Below are positions 29,452-32,000 of a stretch of 32,000 bases of DNA, piece by piece. Source of the stretch: an uncultured Chloroflexia bacterium (GTDB lineage: Bacteria > Chloroflexota > Anaerolineae > Anaerolineales > Anaerolineaceae); the NCBI GenBank assembly GCA_963704755.1, contig OY969938.1, forward strand, positions 1,860,001 through 1,892,000. Reading direction: 5' to 3'. The notes under the pieces are model-generated. The model was not told the DNA's origin. It was given only the letters and a program-made list of their open reading frames with translations, and made no database searches. Position numbers and translations under genes: made by a program. How positions within the stretch are numbered: position 1 is the first letter of the stretch; every line of letters begins with the position of its first letter.

Positions 29452-29847
29452 TTATTTGACTCCCGTGCTGTTGAGCACGCGTGTGATGATCACGTCCAGC
29501 AGGTTGGCATCCACCTGGCTGCCCAGGCGCGCGATGACCGCGTCCCGGATGCGCTGGTGCAGCCCAGCGCCGTCCGCCTGGGCGGGCGGGACCGGGCTGG
29601 GATTCGCCGAAAGGTACGGTCTGGCCGGACCCGCTGCCGGTGCGGTGGCCGGCTTTTGGGCGATATACGGCCGGACCGGCGCCCCGGGCGGGTTATCCGG
29701 CTTGTCGCGCATCAGGTGCATGCCCAGGCGGTTGGCCTTCTCGTAGGCCAGGTCGGTCAGCACCACGTTGTCGTTGACCTCCAGCGAGAGGATCCCGCGC
29801 TTGACCATGTCCTCGACGTCTTTTTCGGTAATAAACTCCTTGGGCAT
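29452..29847 (-). CDS. BMC-associated protein: small N-terminal domain, Pro/Ala-rich linker, C-terminal amphipathic helix
   Basis: It is embedded between shell genes. The N-terminus is EFITEKDVEDMVKRGILSLEVNDNVVLTDLAYEKANRLGMHL, followed by a roughly 50-aa Pro/Ala linker. The C-terminus HQRIRDAVIARLGSQVDANLLDVIITRVLNS looks like an encapsulation peptide. I did not recognise a family. Confidence 0.55.
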   Translation of the reverse strand: MPKEFITEKDVEDMVKRGILSLEVNDNVVLTDLAYEKANRLGMHLMRDKPDNPPGAPVRPYIAQKPATAPAAGPARPYLSANPSPVPPAQADGAGLHQRIRDAVIARLGSQVDANLLDVIITRVLNSTGVK

Positions 29848-29866
29848 CCCTGCTCCTTTCCGCCGG

Positions 29867-30493
29867 CTAGCCTTCGCGGCCTTCCAGGCCTTCCAGGGCG
29901 CGCACGGCCGCGTCGCGGGCGGTGAAAATCTCGGCCTCCGAGCCGGAGAGCCACATGCGCCCGAAGCGTCCCACCGAGGAGACGTGGATCAGCTTGATGC
30001 TGGCTTTCTTCTCGGCCTCGTTGCAGGCATAATTAATGTAGGCCGCCGGAGCGCATTCCAGCACCAGCATGGTCTCGCCCGGAACCAGCATCGAGCCGCG
30101 CCGGAAGCGGTTCAGCAATTGGGCCTGGTAGGGGTCCACGCGGGTGATCACCTGGATAGAGACCACCTGCGGGCGGATACGGTCCTCGATGTTCAACCCC
30201 AGTCGGGCCAGCACCACCCGCCCGGATTCCTGTACGGCGGCCTGGTTATGAGAATGCACCTCGAACATACCAAATTCGCGCTCGACCACCTGCGCGCCCG
30301 GCCGGGATTCGGTCGCCTTGACGGCGATATCCACCATGCGGAACACCTCGTTGCCGGGCGCCATTTCCACGTACAAAGCCGCCATACCCTCGGTCGGCAG
30401 GTCACCCTGGGTGATCGTGCCGACGAAGGCGGCGTACTGCGGCTGCATACGGTCCAGGTAGCAGTAACACCTCAGCGAAAAATCTTCAGCCAT
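29867..30493 (-). CDS. Tandem-domain BMC shell protein (BMC-T-like)
   Basis: A 208-aa protein with two roughly 90-aa halves. Each has a BMC-domain-like core (...VFRMVDIAVKATESRPGAQVV... and ...INYACNEAEKKASIKLIHV...). It lies between BMC-H and BMC-P genes. The domain assignment rests on pattern and context only. Confidence 0.6.
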   Translation of the reverse strand: MAEDFSLRCYCYLDRMQPQYAAFVGTITQGDLPTEGMAALYVEMAPGNEVFRMVDIAVKATESRPGAQVVEREFGMFEVHSHNQAAVQESGRVVLARLGLNIEDRIRPQVVSIQVITRVDPYQAQLLNRFRRGSMLVPGETMLVLECAPAAYINYACNEAEKKASIKLIHVSSVGRFGRMWLSGSEAEIFTARDAAVRALEGLEGREG

Positions 30494-30625
30494 AAGCCAT
30501 CCTTAGTCCATCGGGCATGTCATCCCGCTGCAAAAGCAGCCGGCAGACCCGGAATTCAGGCAGCCGAACAGACCAGCGGGGACAGGCGGCCCGTCCGGCC
30601 GGTCGGTAAACGACCAGGCCCGCGT

Positions 30626-30964
30626 TTATTTGGTTGCCTTGGCTGTTTCCGCGCTGCGTCCGCCGATGCTGCCCTTGGTCTCTTTGGGCAGGATCATTTC
30701 TACGTCCGAATGTGGCCGCGGGATGACGTGGACCGAAACAACCTCGCCGACCCGTTTGGCCGCGGCTGCGCCGGCGTCGGTGGCCGCCTTGACGGCCCCT
30801 ACGTCGCCGCGCACCATCACGGTCACGTAGCCGCCGCCCACGTATTCGGAGCCGATCAGGATCACGTTGGCCGCCTTGACCATAGCATCGGCTGCCTCGA
30901 TAGCCGCTACCAGTCCGTGCGTCTCTACCATTCCAAGTGCAATCAGAGAAGTGTCTAGTGCCAT
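30626..30964 (-). CDS. BMC hexamer shell protein (BMC-H, PduA/EutM-like)
   Basis: The canonical Pfam00936-type sequence is [77 protein letters not shown], followed by a roughly 25-aa C-terminal tail. Confidence 0.93.
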   Translation of the reverse strand: MALDTSLIALGMVETHGLVAAIEAADAMVKAANVILIGSEYVGGGYVTVMVRGDVGAVKAATDAGAAAAKRVGEVVSVHVIPRPHSDVEMILPKETKGSIGGRSAETAKATK

Positions 30965-30994
30965 AGCATTCCTTTCTTGGGTGTGAACTCGATG

Positions 30995-32000
30995 TTAATA
31001 GGTCTTTTGACTGTCCAAAATCTCGTTGACTACCTGCCGGACCACCCGCTCGATTTCGGCGGGCGCCGGACCGGCCGCCGGTTCACCGGGCTGTAAAGCC
31101 TCCAGCGGCGGGGACATCGTTTCGTAAGCCAGGCGCTTGATGTTGATCAAGTGATAGGCAGTGATATTGTCGCCGGTAATCGAACCGCCTACCCCGCCCG
31201 AACCGAGGGTCATGGAGGGCATCACCCCGCTGGTCAGGCCAATGGCCCCCAGCGTGCCCATGGTGTTGACCAGGATGCGGAAGACCGGCTTTTCCAGCCC
31301 AAAAGCCATAATGACGCGCTCATCGTTGGCGTAGATAATCTGGGTATGGCCGCGCCCGCCGGTCTGGATCAGCGCAATCGAAGTCTCGCAGCCCTGTTCC
31401 CAACCGTCCGCCTCGTACCAGCCCAACACGGTGGTCAGCTTCTCGTGCGAGAGCGGCTCCTCGCGGCCCACTTTCTCCAGCGGGGTCACCAGGATGCGCG
31501 TCCCGGTCGGGATGTCGAAGCCGGCGTAAGCGGCCACGTAAGCGGCTGACTTGCCTACCACAGCCGTGTTGAGGCTGCCATCCGGGTGGAATAGGGCCCG
31601 CCGTAACAACTCCGTCTGGCGCGGGTCGGTAAAATAAGCGCCTTCCTCGCGCATCCGCCGGGCCAGCGGGGCCGCCACCGGCCGGTCGGCGATGACCGAC
31701 TGCTCGGTGGCGCAGATGGTCGAATAATCGAAGGCCTTGGAAGCGACGATGTAACGGGCGGCCTTATCGATATCGGCGCTGCGATCGACGTACACCGGCA
31801 CGTTGCCCGGCCCGACCCCATAAGCCGGCTTGCCGGTGGAATGGGCCGCCCGCACCATGGCCGAGCCGCCTGTCGCCAGGATCAAGGCGGTGTGGCGGTG
31901 CGACATCAACTCCTGGGTGCCTTGCAAGGTCACAATCTGCAAGCAGTTGATCAATCCCTTGGGCGCGCCGGCGTTCTCGGCCGCCTGAGCCATCACCTGG
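30995..32000 (-). CDS. Acylating (CoA-dependent) aldehyde dehydrogenase, BMC-associated; 5' end outside the window
   Basis: KAFDYSTICATEQS matches the catalytic-Cys motif of AdhE/PduP/EutE-type acylating aldehyde dehydrogenases. The frame is open to the window edge. The C-terminal Pro-rich linker plus helix AEIERVVRQVVNEILDSQ looks like an encapsulation peptide. Confidence 0.88.
   Translation of the reverse strand, partial: QVMAQAAENAGAPKGLINCLQIVTLQGTQELMSHRHTALILATGGSAMVRAAHSTGKPAYGVGPGNVPVYVDRSADIDKAARYIVASKAFDYSTICATEQSVIADRPVAAPLARRMREEGAYFTDPRQTELLRRALFHPDGSLNTAVVGKSAAYVAAYAGFDIPTGTRILVTPLEKVGREEPLSHEKLTTVLGWYEADGWEQGCETSIALIQTGGRGHTQIIYANDERVIMAFGLEKPVFRILVNTMGTLGAIGLTSGVMPSMTLGSGGVGGSITGDNITAYHLINIKRLAYETMSPPLEALQPGEPAAGPAPAEIERVVRQVVNEILDSQKTY

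Noticed and set aside
29768-30958. 396-aa plus-strand ORF antisense to the BMC shell genes.
   Set aside because: The opposite strand encodes canonical BMC-H, BMC-T and BMC-P proteins. The ORF itself is low-complexity (Arg/Gly/His/Leu-rich).

Overview
High-GC bacterial chromosomal window with genes on both strands and a few visibly AT-richer islands. I did not recognise any rRNA, tRNA, CRISPR array, transposase or integrase.

Coding content, in order:
- Tail of an ABC-2 exporter (ATPase C-terminus plus permease), then a secreted Ig-like/zinc-ribbon protein.
- A minus-strand block of IMP dehydrogenase, thiolase and an SDR epimerase.
- An Mpg-type 3-methyladenine glycosylase.
- NeuD/PglD-like acetyltransferase, bactofilin, CPBP protease, a lipoprotein, a DegT-type aminotransferase and a PH-domain membrane protein.
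- A DUF92-PEBP fusion ORF convergent with a 7TM-PAS-GGDEF diguanylate cyclase.
- An ECF sigma / anti-sigma pair followed by an ABC-2 transporter.
- DUF302, a SAM methyltransferase, a haem-binding-domain ORF, MsrA and a Cys-rich orphan.
- Two type II toxin-antitoxin pairs (HigBA, and an AbrB-type antitoxin with Doc) and a Gfo/Idh/MocA oxidoreductase.
- The distal part of a bacterial microcompartment (BMC) operon: acylating aldehyde dehydrogenase, BMC-H, tandem-BMC protein, a small protein with an encapsulation-peptide-like tail, and two BMC-P genes.

Two things stand out.
1. The intergenic DNA is unusually long in places (about 2050-2790 and 7545-8490). It is packed with at least six families of structured repeats: long GGTGTTT...AAACACC hairpins, a hairpin family with compensatory base changes between copies, a 179-bp tandem repeat, heptamer microsatellites, 10-bp-phased ATCCGTG triplets, and recurrent GCGAAGC hairpin apices.
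2. There is a cluster of ORF-boundary anomalies: an in-frame amber codon, two ORFs with no stop at the expected domain end, an ORF whose CXXCH motif straddles its first ATG, and a 501-nt antisense overlap. These are either assembly errors or real biology.

The gene content and repeat style suggest a Chloroflexota-like organism. That is only an impression and cannot be verified here.
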